Assembly (NCBI GenBank): GCA_041481445.1
Contig: JBGPBV010000020.1
Span: forward strand, 288-64,287
Reading direction: 5' to 3'
DNA: 64,000 nt
Source: Vicinamibacteria bacterium
Lineage (GTDB): Bacteria > Acidobacteriota > Vicinamibacteria > Fen-336
A program made the translations under genes and the position numbers. Shown one piece after another: positions 18,362 through 26,938 of this stretch. Every line of letters begins with the position of its first letter. The first letter of the stretch is position 1. The notes under the pieces are model-generated. The model had not been told where the DNA came from and did no database searches. It saw only the letters and a list, made by a program, of their open reading frames with translations.

Positions 18362-21262
18362 ATGAAGAGAACTCTGCTCGTCCTCGCGGTGCTCCTGGCG
18401 GTGGCTCTCCCCGTCCAGGCCCAGCTCGCCACGGGCAACATCTACGGATTGGTCAGTGACGAGTCCGGCGCGCCGCTGCCCGGGGCCGCCGTCCTGATCA
18501 AGGGCGCCAACGGCACCACCACCACCACCACCGGCTCGGACGGCCGGTTCCGCGTCCTGAACCTGTCCCCCGGCAGCTACAAGGTCACGGCGAGCCTCAC
18601 CGGCTTCTCGACGGTGAACCGCGACAACGTCGCCGTGAGCACCGGGACCAGCGTGGACCTGGGCTTCACGATGAAGGTGGCCTCCGTCGAGGAGACGATC
18701 ACGGTCACCGCGGAGACGCCGGTCATCGACAGCAAGAAGACCGGGACCGCCACCGTGTTCACGCAGGACGAGCTCTCCAAGGTCCCGAACTCCCGCGACC
18801 CCTGGGCCCTCCTGCGCACGGTGCCAGGCGTGGTCATGGACCGCGTGAACATCGCGGGCAACGAGAGCGGCCAGCAGTCGAACTACCGCGCCAAGGGCGC
18901 GGCCGGGGCCGACGGCGTGTGGGCCATGGACGGCGTGACCGTCACCGACATGGCGGCCATCGGCGCCTCCCCCACCTACTTCGACTACGACGCGTTCCAG
19001 GAGATCCAGATCGCCACCAGCGGCAACGACATCAAGCAGCCGACCGGCGGCGTGGGGATCAACTTCGTGACCAAGCGCGGCACCAACCAGTTCCACGGCA
19101 ACGTCCACGGCTACTTCACGCACGAGGACCTGGCCTCCAGCAACGTGCCGGACGAGCTGGCCGCCACCGGCATCACTTCGGACACCGCCAACCACAACAA
19201 GCAGGTCGCCGACTACGGCTTCGACCTGGGTGGCCCGATCGTCAAGGACAAGCTCTGGTTCTGGGGCTCCTGGGGCAAGCAGGACATCCGGCTCGTCCGC
19301 TCCTCGGGCCACCTGGTCGACAAGACCCTGCTCAAGGACAATAACGTCAAGGTCAACTGGCAGGCCACCAAGAGCGACATGATCAGCGGCTACTGGTTCC
19401 TGGGCGACAAGCAGAAGTTCGGCCGCGCTCCCGGCAACCAGCAGGTCGAGCCGGACACCGCGACCTGGAACCAGAGCGACGCCTTCCCGGAGAGCCGGCC
19501 GCACGGCCTCTGGAAGCTCGAGGACAACCACATCTTCAACCCGAACTTCTTCCTGAGCACGAAGGTCGCCTACTACGGCACCGGCTTCCAGCTCTTCCCC
19601 CGGGGCGGACTGGACGCGCAGGCCGGCATGTCGGCCCGGCTGGGTCAGACCTTCGGATCGACGCAGCTCTCCCTCAACGTGCGGCCGCAGTACATCGCCA
19701 ACGCCGACGCCAACTACTTCTTCAACGCGATGGGCGGAAGCCACGAGCTGAAGTTCGGCGGCGGCTACCGTTGGACGGAGGCCCTGACCGGCACCCTCTG
19801 GCCCGGTGACATGGTGGTCTCCTTCGACAACTCCGCGTCCAACCAGCGCGTGCGGGTCTATCGCGAAGGCAAGGGTGTCAACCGGACGTACTACACGAGC
19901 GCCTACTTCGGCGACACGTTCACCAAGGACCGGATGACCCTGAACGTGGGCGTGCGCTGGGACCACCAGAACGGCCGCGCGGCGGCGACGGAGACGCAGT
20001 CCAACGGCGCCTTTCCGAATCTCGTGCCCGGCATCTCGTTCGCCGGCTACGACTCGCCGTTCACCTGGAACGACCTGTCCCCTCGCGTCGGCCTCACCTA
20101 TGCGCTGGACAAGTCCCGCAAGACGCTCCTGCGCGCCTCCTACGCCCACTACGTCACCCAGCTCGACACGGGCACGGTGGGCTACGCCAACCCGACGGCG
20201 AACGCCGGATATGCCGAGTACCCCTGGACCGACCTCAACGGCGACCACCTGGCCCAGCCGGGCGAGGTGAACACGTCAGGCGCGCCCCTCGCCGTGGCCG
20301 GCGGCTTCAACCCGGCGGCGCCGACCGCGGCCATCTCCCCCAACATCATCGATCCCAACCTCAAGGCGCCCCAGACCAACGAAGGCGTGTTTGGCCTGGA
20401 CCGCGAGCTGTTCCCGAACTTCGCGGTGTCGATGACCTACACCTACCGCAAGTTCTCGCGGTTCCTCACCGCCCCCCGCAACGGCATGACCGCCGCCGAC
20501 TACACGCCGGGCGTCCTCCTCACCGGCACGATTCCGGGCGGCCCGTCCTACAGCGTGCAGACCTACAACCCGATCGCGGCCAAGGTCAGCGCGGGCAACA
20601 GCGGCCGCTTCGAGACCAACAGCGACGACTACCGCCAGACGTTCAACGGCGTCGAGCTCTCCATGACCAAGCGCCTCTCCAACAAGTGGATGGCGCGGTT
20701 CGCGGGCTCGTACAACGACCACACCGAGAGCTGGAAGAGCACGCCGTACTCGACGGGCTCGGTGGTCCTGTTCAACGTGCCCTTCAACCCGACCCGCCTC
20801 GACACCGACGCCCTCGTTTCTGGCGGGCAGGTGGCGCCGCGCAGCGCGGGCAGCGGCTCCGGCGACATCTTCATCAACGCCAAGTGGGCCATCAACACGT
20901 ACGCCCTCTACCAGCTCCCCTGGAACATGGAGATCGCGGGCAACCTGTTCGGCAAGCAGGGCACGCCCTACCCCGTCTACTTCAACCAGGCCCTCGGCCT
21001 CGACGGGACGCAGCGGGTGCTCGTGAGCCCGACGATCGACGACATGCGGTTCAAGGACCTGTGGGACCTCGACCTGCGCCTGGCCAAGAATTTCCGCTTC
21101 GGGAGCCGGGGCAGCATGATCTTCACCGCCGACCTGTTCAACGTGTTCAACAGCAACACCGAGCTCAACCGTCAGCGGAACGTCGGGTCCACGGCGTTCC
21201 ATTCGCTCACCGACAACCTGTCGCCTCGCATCCTGCGGCTGGGCGTCCGCATGAGCTTCTAG
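18362..21262 (+). CDS. TonB-dependent receptor, Oar-like, with carboxypeptidase-regulatory-like N-domain
   Basis: Signal peptide; GNIYGLVSDESGAPLPGA; EETITVTAETPVID; GGVGINFVTKRGTNQFHG; GGPIVKDKLWFW; C-terminal PRILRLGVRMSF ending in Phe. Confidence 0.92.
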   Translation: MKRTLLVLAVLLAVALPVQAQLATGNIYGLVSDESGAPLPGAAVLIKGANGTTTTTTGSDGRFRVLNLSPGSYKVTASLTGFSTVNRDNVAVSTGTSVDLGFTMKVASVEETITVTAETPVIDSKKTGTATVFTQDELSKVPNSRDPWALLRTVPGVVMDRVNIAGNESGQQSNYRAKGAAGADGVWAMDGVTVTDMAAIGASPTYFDYDAFQEIQIATSGNDIKQPTGGVGINFVTKRGTNQFHGNVHGYFTHEDLASSNVPDELAATGITSDTANHNKQVADYGFDLGGPIVKDKLWFWGSWGKQDIRLVRSSGHLVDKTLLKDNNVKVNWQATKSDMISGYWFLGDKQKFGRAPGNQQVEPDTATWNQSDAFPESRPHGLWKLEDNHIFNPNFFLSTKVAYYGTGFQLFPRGGLDAQAGMSARLGQTFGSTQLSLNVRPQYIANADANYFFNAMGGSHELKFGGGYRWTEALTGTLWPGDMVVSFDNSASNQRVRVYREGKGVNRTYYTSAYFGDTFTKDRMTLNVGVRWDHQNGRAAATETQSNGAFPNLVPGISFAGYDSPFTWNDLSPRVGLTYALDKSRKTLLRASYAHYVTQLDTGTVGYANPTANAGYAEYPWTDLNGDHLAQPGEVNTSGAPLAVAGGFNPAAPTAAISPNIIDPNLKAPQTNEGVFGLDRELFPNFAVSMTYTYRKFSRFLTAPRNGMTAADYTPGVLLTGTIPGGPSYSVQTYNPIAAKVSAGNSGRFETNSDDYRQTFNGVELSMTKRLSNKWMARFAGSYNDHTESWKSTPYSTGSVVLFNVPFNPTRLDTDALVSGGQVAPRSAGSGSGDIFINAKWAINTYALYQLPWNMEIAGNLFGKQGTPYPVYFNQALGLDGTQRVLVSPTIDDMRFKDLWDLDLRLAKNFRFGSRGSMIFTADLFNVFNSNTELNRQRNVGSTAFHSLTDNLSPRILRLGVRMSF

Positions 21263-21281
21263 CCGTTTCCCTTTCTCGCGT

Positions 21282-21320
21282 AGGCCCCGGGGCTTGACGG
21301 CCCTGGGGCCTTTTTGTTTT
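21282..21320 (+). terminator. Intrinsic (Rho-independent) terminator
   Basis: Hairpin AGGCCCCGGGGC-TTGACG-GCCCTGGGGCCT followed by TTTTGTTTT, 20 bp after the receptor stop. Confidence 0.88.
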
Positions 21321-21328
21321 GCTGGCTC

Positions 21329-22168
21329 ATGCGTCTCGCCGTGACTCTTGCCTTGCTCGGCCTCGCCGCCGCCCAGGACACTCCGCCCGTCCTGCCGCCG
21401 GGCCAGGCCCCGACCTTCGGGCACTACGGGCCGCCGCAGCCCGTCGAGGTGTCGGAGATCATGTTCGGGAGCTACCAGCGCCGTCCGGTCATCGTGCGCG
21501 GCGAGATCATGCCGCTCGACCTCCAGGGGCAGTATTACCAGTTCCACGACCGCACCGGCACCGTCGTCCTGATGACGGTCGGCGAGCTCGGCGGAGCCAT
21601 GCACGACCTGATCGGGCGGGAGGTCCGGATCGTCGGCCTCGTGCGCGAGCTCGTGACGAAGCAGGACACCTGCCCCGGGCCCAACATGCGTCCGGTGCCC
21701 GAGAGCTACTGCCTCGACCCCGAGCTGCCGATCACGCCCGACCTCGTCGGCGACCGCGCGGGGTGGCCGAAATGGTCGATCACGGCCTGGTCCATCTCCG
21801 ACAACGGCCCGCTCACGGGGCGCAAGCGCGACGTGGAGCGCTCGGCCCTGGCCGACGTCCTCTCCGGCGAGACCCTCCCCGACAAGGACGTGAAGGTCGT
21901 GGGACGGTTCTGCGGGGCCCGGCTCTGCGGCACCATCGGTCCCGCTCCCGAGGCCTCGGCCTGGGTCGTCGAGGAGGAGGGGACCGCGGTCTGGGTCGTG
22001 GGCAAGGAGCCCAAGGGCAAGGGCTGGCGCCTCGATCCGGCCTACAAGGGCGACACCACGCGCTGGGTCGAAGTCATAGGGCGGCTCCAGGCCTGCGGAG
22101 CCGGCTCGCGGTGCCTGCGCGCGCGGACGGTCACTCTCGTCGCGCGCCCGGCCACGCCGGCTCCGTGA
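21329..22168 (+). CDS. Exported hypothetical protein, possibly two OB-fold-like repeats
   Basis: Signal peptide MRLAVTLALLGLAAA; repeated V-x-V-x-G segments (PVIVRG, EVRIVG, DVKVVG, WVEVIG); six Cys. Confidence 0.7.
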   Translation: MRLAVTLALLGLAAAQDTPPVLPPGQAPTFGHYGPPQPVEVSEIMFGSYQRRPVIVRGEIMPLDLQGQYYQFHDRTGTVVLMTVGELGGAMHDLIGREVRIVGLVRELVTKQDTCPGPNMRPVPESYCLDPELPITPDLVGDRAGWPKWSITAWSISDNGPLTGRKRDVERSALADVLSGETLPDKDVKVVGRFCGARLCGTIGPAPEASAWVVEEEGTAVWVVGKEPKGKGWRLDPAYKGDTTRWVEVIGRLQACGAGSRCLRARTVTLVARPATPAP

Positions 22169-22205
22169 TCGGGGCGAGGCTATACTTCGCGCGGTGAGGT
22201 CCCCC

Positions 22206-23132
22206 ATGAAGACACAGGCGCTCGTCGTCGCGGCCGCGGTCGCGCTCGCCGCACCTGCCTTCGTCTCGGCCCAGGACTGGAGGGGCGTCGGCCGGCTCGA
22301 GGGCCGCGTGCTCGATCCCGACGGCAAGCCGGTGGCCGACGCCTCGGTCAAGCTCGCCCTCCCCGCGCGCGGCGGCGGGGGCACCACGCTGAAGACGGAC
22401 AAGAAGGGCCGCTGGGCCGTCGGCGGCATCGCCTCCGGGCGCTGGGACATCGACATCGAGGCCGCCGGCTTCGTGACCAAGCGCGTCTCCGCCAACCTCG
22501 GCGCCGAGAGCGAGCGGGTGCCGCCGATCGAGGTCAAGGTCGAGCGCGCCGCTCCCGCCGGCCCTCCGCTGGAGGTGCTCGAAGCCGTGCGCAAGGGCGA
22601 CGAGGCCTACAAGGCGGGACGCTTCGCGGAGGCGCGCGTGGAGTACGAGAAGCTCCTCGTCCTGCGCCCCGACCTCGCCAAGACCCTCCACGAGCAGATC
22701 GCGCGCTGCTACAGCCAGGAAGGCAACGCGACCAAGGAGCTCGAGCACCTGCAGTTCCTGCTGGACGCCGAGCCCACGGACCAGGCGCTGCGGCTGCTGA
22801 TGGCCCAGGAGGCGCTCAAGGGCGGCCTCCTCGACCGCGGGCGCGAGCTGCTGAAGGGAGTCGACGACTCCGCCGTGCGCGACCCGAACGTCTACTTCAA
22901 CATCGCCGCCCTGTTCCTGAACCAGTCCAAGCCGGAGGACGCGATCGGGTACCTCTCGCGCGCGGTGGCCGTCGACCCGACCTACCTCGACGGCTACTTC
23001 CAGCGCGGGCTGGCCTACGTGTCGCTCGGACGGATGGCGGAGGCCAAGGCCGACCTCAAGAAGGTGGTCGAGCTGGCGCCCGATTCGCCACAGGCACAGA
23101 CGGCGAAGAAGGGCCTCGAGCAGCTGAAGTAG
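22206..23132 (+). CDS. Exported TPR protein with carboxypeptidase-regulatory-like domain
   Basis: Signal peptide; GRLEGRVLDPDGKPV...KTDKKGRW; several TPR repeats (VYFNIAALF, YFQRGLAY). TATACT at 22181. Confidence 0.85.
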   Translation: MKTQALVVAAAVALAAPAFVSAQDWRGVGRLEGRVLDPDGKPVADASVKLALPARGGGGTTLKTDKKGRWAVGGIASGRWDIDIEAAGFVTKRVSANLGAESERVPPIEVKVERAAPAGPPLEVLEAVRKGDEAYKAGRFAEARVEYEKLLVLRPDLAKTLHEQIARCYSQEGNATKELEHLQFLLDAEPTDQALRLLMAQEALKGGLLDRGRELLKGVDDSAVRDPNVYFNIAALFLNQSKPEDAIGYLSRAVAVDPTYLDGYFQRGLAYVSLGRMAEAKADLKKVVELAPDSPQAQTAKKGLEQLK

Positions 23133-23255
23133 CGTCGTAACGGGCCTCCATTCGTGAGCCAAGTCACGAAGATCCCGGCCTGCCCCCGGAATGACGAGCG
23201 CCGGCGACGTGTCACGGCTAGAATGGGCCGTCCTCGGAAGCCTTCGGAGGTATCC

Positions 23256-23837
23256 ATGATGTCTTGGCGGGTGCTCGCTGTGACTGGTGTGACGGTCTGC
23301 CTGGCGGCAGTGTCGACAGCGGTCGAGACGACGAGCGTGAAGCCGCTCGGGGCGTATCCCTTCGGCCTCCCGGGCGACTCGGCCACGCCGGGCGCGGCTC
23401 CGAAGGCCCTGCTGTGGTGCCAGGGCACGAACCTCGTGGGCGTCGTCGTCCCGGACGAGAAGAGCAGCGACTGCGGGTCCCCGAAGCGGCAGGCGCCCCA
23501 CGCGTACCTCCTCAAGGACGGCCAATGCGAAGCGGACGGTAGCGCGGTTTCGTTTGGCTTCATGGTGGCGCGAAAGGCGTGGGTCTTCGAGTCCTCCGGC
23601 CCGAAGCGCCAGGAGCGCACGGAATGGCTGCTGCATCACTTCGAGGGCACGCTGAAGGACGGCCATCTCAAGGGCGCCCTGGTCCAGGTCGACATTGCCC
23701 ACCCGGGCCATCCGTTCCAGAAGAAGGCGGTGGAGGTCGAGGCCCTGCCCGGCGACCAGCCGCCTTTTGCGGACGACGTCACCTGGAAGGGCCACATCAC
23801 GCAGACGTTCTGCCTGCCTCCCGGCACCACCCCCTGA
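23256..23837 (+). CDS. Exported hypothetical protein
   Basis: GGAGG upstream, signal-like N-terminus, several Cys; codon usage looks less GC-biased than neighbours. Confidence 0.6.
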   Translation: MMSWRVLAVTGVTVCLAAVSTAVETTSVKPLGAYPFGLPGDSATPGAAPKALLWCQGTNLVGVVVPDEKSSDCGSPKRQAPHAYLLKDGQCEADGSAVSFGFMVARKAWVFESSGPKRQERTEWLLHHFEGTLKDGHLKGALVQVDIAHPGHPFQKKAVEVEALPGDQPPFADDVTWKGHITQTFCLPPGTTP

Positions 23838-23862
23838 ACCGCGACGGGCGGCCGTCGCGCCT

Positions 23863-24999
23863 CTACCCCGCCAGCGACGTGGCGGGCGCGTTCTGGGCCG
23901 GCATCTCCGGGGTGGCGTGTGACCAGCAGTAGGGGTCGCCCACGATCTCGTAGTGCATCGTGCGGCGCTTGGGAGAGAACCCCGCGTCCATGATGTTGCG
24001 GGCGATCTCCGCCTCCGTCAGGCGGAAGTGCGCGCCCGCCGCCGAGACCACGTTCTCCTCGATCATCAGGGAGCCGAAGTCGTTGGCCCCGAACCGCAGC
24101 GAGACCTGGCCGATCTTCCCGCCCTGGGTGACCCACGAGGCCTGCACGTTCGGGAAGTTGTCGAGCATGACGCGCGCCACCGCGAGCGTGCGCAGGTACT
24201 GGAACGAGGTCAGCTCGTCGCCGGCCAGCGCGGTGTTCGACGGCTGGAACGTCCAGGCGATGAAGGCGGTGAATCCGTGGGTCCGGTCCTGCAGGTCGCG
24301 CAGGTGGACGAGGTGCTCGATGCGCTCCTCGAGCGTCTCCACGTGCCCGAACATCATCGTGGCCGTCGTCTTCATGCCGAGGCCGTGCGCCACCTCCATG
24401 ACCTCGAGCCACTCACCGGTGGTGCCCTTGGCGATGCCGATGACCTCGCGCACGCGGTCGGAGAGCACCTCCGCTCCCCCGCCCGGGATCGAGTCGAGGC
24501 CGGCCTTGACCAGGCGGCGCAGGGCGGTCTCCGTGGACAGGCTCGAGACGCGGCAGATGTGCTTCACCTCCGCCGGGCTCAGGCCGTGGATCCACAGCGA
24601 CGGGTACGTGCCCTTCATCCAGGAGAACAGCTCCTCGTAGAACTCGATGCCGAGGTCGGGGTGCAGGCCGCCCTGGAGCAGGATCTGCGACCCGCCCAGC
24701 GCGAGCGTCTCCTCGATCTTCTGGGCGAGCTGGGCCTTGGTGAGGAGGTAGCCCTCCTTGGACGGCAGGTCGCGGTAGAACGCGCAGAACGCGCATTGCG
24801 CCGTGCAGACGTTCGTGTAGTTGATGTTGCGGTCGATGATGTAGGTGACCAGGCCCTCGGGGTGCAGCCGCTCGCGCACGGAATCGGCCAGCGCGCCCAG
24901 CTCGAGCAGGGAGCCGTCGCGCAGGAGCGCGGCGCCCTCCGCCGGCGTGAGCCGCTCGCCCGCCTCGACCTTCCCCACGATCGTCTCAGCGATGGCCAT
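23863..24999 (-). CDS. mqnC: Cyclic dehypoxanthinyl futalosine synthase (radical SAM)
   Basis: VTYIIDRNINYTNVCTAQCAFCAFYR, LLQGGLHP, SIPGGGAEVL, TATMMFGHVE, QASWVTQG, GANDFGSLMIEENVVSAAG. Confidence 0.93.
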   Translation of the reverse strand: MAIAETIVGKVEAGERLTPAEGAALLRDGSLLELGALADSVRERLHPEGLVTYIIDRNINYTNVCTAQCAFCAFYRDLPSKEGYLLTKAQLAQKIEETLALGGSQILLQGGLHPDLGIEFYEELFSWMKGTYPSLWIHGLSPAEVKHICRVSSLSTETALRRLVKAGLDSIPGGGAEVLSDRVREVIGIAKGTTGEWLEVMEVAHGLGMKTTATMMFGHVETLEERIEHLVHLRDLQDRTHGFTAFIAWTFQPSNTALAGDELTSFQYLRTLAVARVMLDNFPNVQASWVTQGGKIGQVSLRFGANDFGSLMIEENVVSAAGAHFRLTEAEIARNIMDAGFSPKRRTMHYEIVGDPYCWSHATPEMPAQNAPATSLAG

Positions 25000-25768
25000 G
25001 GAACCTCAGAAGGGGCACGCGCTCGATGAGCCCGCCCTCGAGCGCCCGCGCGTAGAACTCGCGGAGACCGGCCAGCTCCGCCTCCCCCAGCGCATAGGAG
25101 ATGTTGCCGCGCAGGTACGACTCGTTGAGGGCCGCGCGCTCCGGGTGGCCATTATAGGACGTGGCGATGGGACCGATCGCAGCCAGGCCGGCGGCCAGCG
25201 CGGCCTGGAGACGGGCGACGTCGTCCGCGCTCACCACGCCCGCCGGTCCCGCCCAGAAGGCGTAGACGAACGGATGGCCCGTGCGCTCCGTCCACTCCGC
25301 GCCGAGGTCGAGGCGCGAGGCGTCCCCGTCGTAGTAGAGGGCGGGATCGCCGATGACCAGGGCGGCGTCCGCGGCGTTGAGCATGATGGGGACGTCGGGC
25401 GGCATCGGCGTGTACTCGGGGTCGCGGCCCAGGCGGTCGCGCAGCAGGACGCGCACCAGGGCCGCGCTCGTCCGGCTGGAGGTGTCGACGGCGACCCTCC
25501 GGACGTGCTCCAGGCGGCCGCGGTAGAGCAGGCTCACCGACCGCACCGGCCCCCGGCTGGCGATGGCGATCCCGGGCACGATCGCGTAGTCCCCCTCCGC
25601 GTATTCGATGGACGGGATCAACCCGAGGTCGAGCTCGCCCGCGTGCAGGCGGGCCGCGATCCGCGACGGGAGGTCGCGCACGACCTGGAACCGCGGGTCT
25701 CCCCCGAGCCCGTGCACGGTGGGCACGGCATTGAGGTAGGAGACGACGCCCAGGCGGAGGGGCCTCAC
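24986..25768 (-). CDS. mqnA: Chorismate dehydratase
   Basis: LRLGVVSYLNAVP, LGLIPSIEY, GPVRSVSL, SSRTSAAL, ALVIGDPAL, DLGAEWTERTGHPFVYAFW; GTGA overlap with mqnE. Confidence 0.9.
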   Translation of the reverse strand: MRPLRLGVVSYLNAVPTVHGLGGDPRFQVVRDLPSRIAARLHAGELDLGLIPSIEYAEGDYAIVPGIAIASRGPVRSVSLLYRGRLEHVRRVAVDTSSRTSAALVRVLLRDRLGRDPEYTPMPPDVPIMLNAADAALVIGDPALYYDGDASRLDLGAEWTERTGHPFVYAFWAGPAGVVSADDVARLQAALAAGLAAIGPIATSYNGHPERAALNESYLRGNISYALGEAELAGLREFYARALEGGLIERVPLLRFHGHR

Positions 25769-26898
25769 CACTCCCTCACGACGTTGAAGACCGTGTCGCG
25801 CTCCACCGGCCGGCGTCCCGCCTCGCGGATCAGGCGCACCAGCTCGTGGACGGTCATGGACTGCGCGGTGGGCGCGCCCGCGTCGTGGGCGATCTTCTCC
25901 TCCGTCACCGTCCCGTCGATGTCGTCCGCCCCGAAGCTGAGGCCGACCTGGGCCAGCCTGGGGCCGATCATGATCCAGTACGACTTGATGTGCGGCACGT
26001 TGTCGAGCAGCAGGCGCGCCACCGCGATGGCCTTGAGGTCCTCGTACCCCGTCGTCTCCGGCAGGCGCATCGCCGGCGCTTCCCAGGGCTGGAAGGCGAG
26101 GGGGATGAAGGTCACGAACCCGCGCGTCTCGTCCTGGAGGGCACGGAGCTGCAGGAGGTGGTCGACGCGGTCCTCGACCGACTCGATGTGCCCGTAGAGC
26201 ATCGTGGCGTTGGTCGGGATGCCCAGGCGGTGGGCCTGGCGCATGACGTCGAGCCACTGGGCGGCGTCCGCCTTGCCGCGGATGATCTTGTCGCGGGTGG
26301 CCTTGGCGAAGATCTCCGCCCCTCCCCCCGGCATGGAGTCGAGCCCGGCCTCGCGCAGCTCGCTGAGCACCCGCTCGACGCTCAGGCGGTACAGGCGGTG
26401 GAAGAAGAAGATCTCGACCGCGGTGAAGGCCTTCACGTGGATGTGGGGGCGCACGCGCTTGATCCCGCGCATCATGTCCGTGAAGTACGACCAGGGCAGG
26501 TCGGGATGGAGGCCGCCCACGATGTGCACCTCGCGCACCTGTTCCGGCAGGGCGGCGACCGTCGCGAAGATGTCGTCCAGGGCCATCGTGTAGGCGCGCG
26601 GCTCGTCCTTCTTCGCGGCGAAGGCGCAGAAGTCGCAGGTGGCGGCGCAGACGTTCGTGTGGTTGATGTGCGTGTTCCACACGAAGTAGGCGGCGTCGCC
26701 GTGGAGCCGCTCGCGGACGTGGTTGGCCAGGGAGGCCAGGCCCAGGAGGTCGTGGGTCTTGTACAGGGCGACGCCGTCCGCGAACCAGAGGCGCTCGCCG
26801 GCCCAGACCTTGTCCCGGATGGGCAGGAGGGCGGCGTCTCGAACGCGGGCCGCGGCGCGGGGTGCGAGAGAGCTGGTGGACGACACGGGCGTGCCCAA
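25765..26898 (-). CDS. mqnE: Aminofutalosine synthase (radical SAM)
   Basis: HINHTNVCAATCDFCAF, EVHIVGGLHP, HVKAFTAVEI, TNATMLYGHIE, PHIKSYW, GADDIDGTVTEEKIAHDAG. Confidence 0.93.
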   Translation of the reverse strand: MGTPVSSTSSLAPRAAARVRDAALLPIRDKVWAGERLWFADGVALYKTHDLLGLASLANHVRERLHGDAAYFVWNTHINHTNVCAATCDFCAFAAKKDEPRAYTMALDDIFATVAALPEQVREVHIVGGLHPDLPWSYFTDMMRGIKRVRPHIHVKAFTAVEIFFFHRLYRLSVERVLSELREAGLDSMPGGGAEIFAKATRDKIIRGKADAAQWLDVMRQAHRLGIPTNATMLYGHIESVEDRVDHLLQLRALQDETRGFVTFIPLAFQPWEAPAMRLPETTGYEDLKAIAVARLLLDNVPHIKSYWIMIGPRLAQVGLSFGADDIDGTVTEEKIAHDAGAPTAQSMTVHELVRLIREAGRRPVERDTVFNVVREW

Positions 26899-26938
26899 GT
26901 CCTGCCTAGCCTATCACGTAGCCCGCGCCGGCCGTGCC

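Noticed and set aside
15963-23837. Mobile element or genomic island
   Set aside because: No integrase, transposase, tRNA target or flanking direct repeats; most genes have host-like codon usage.
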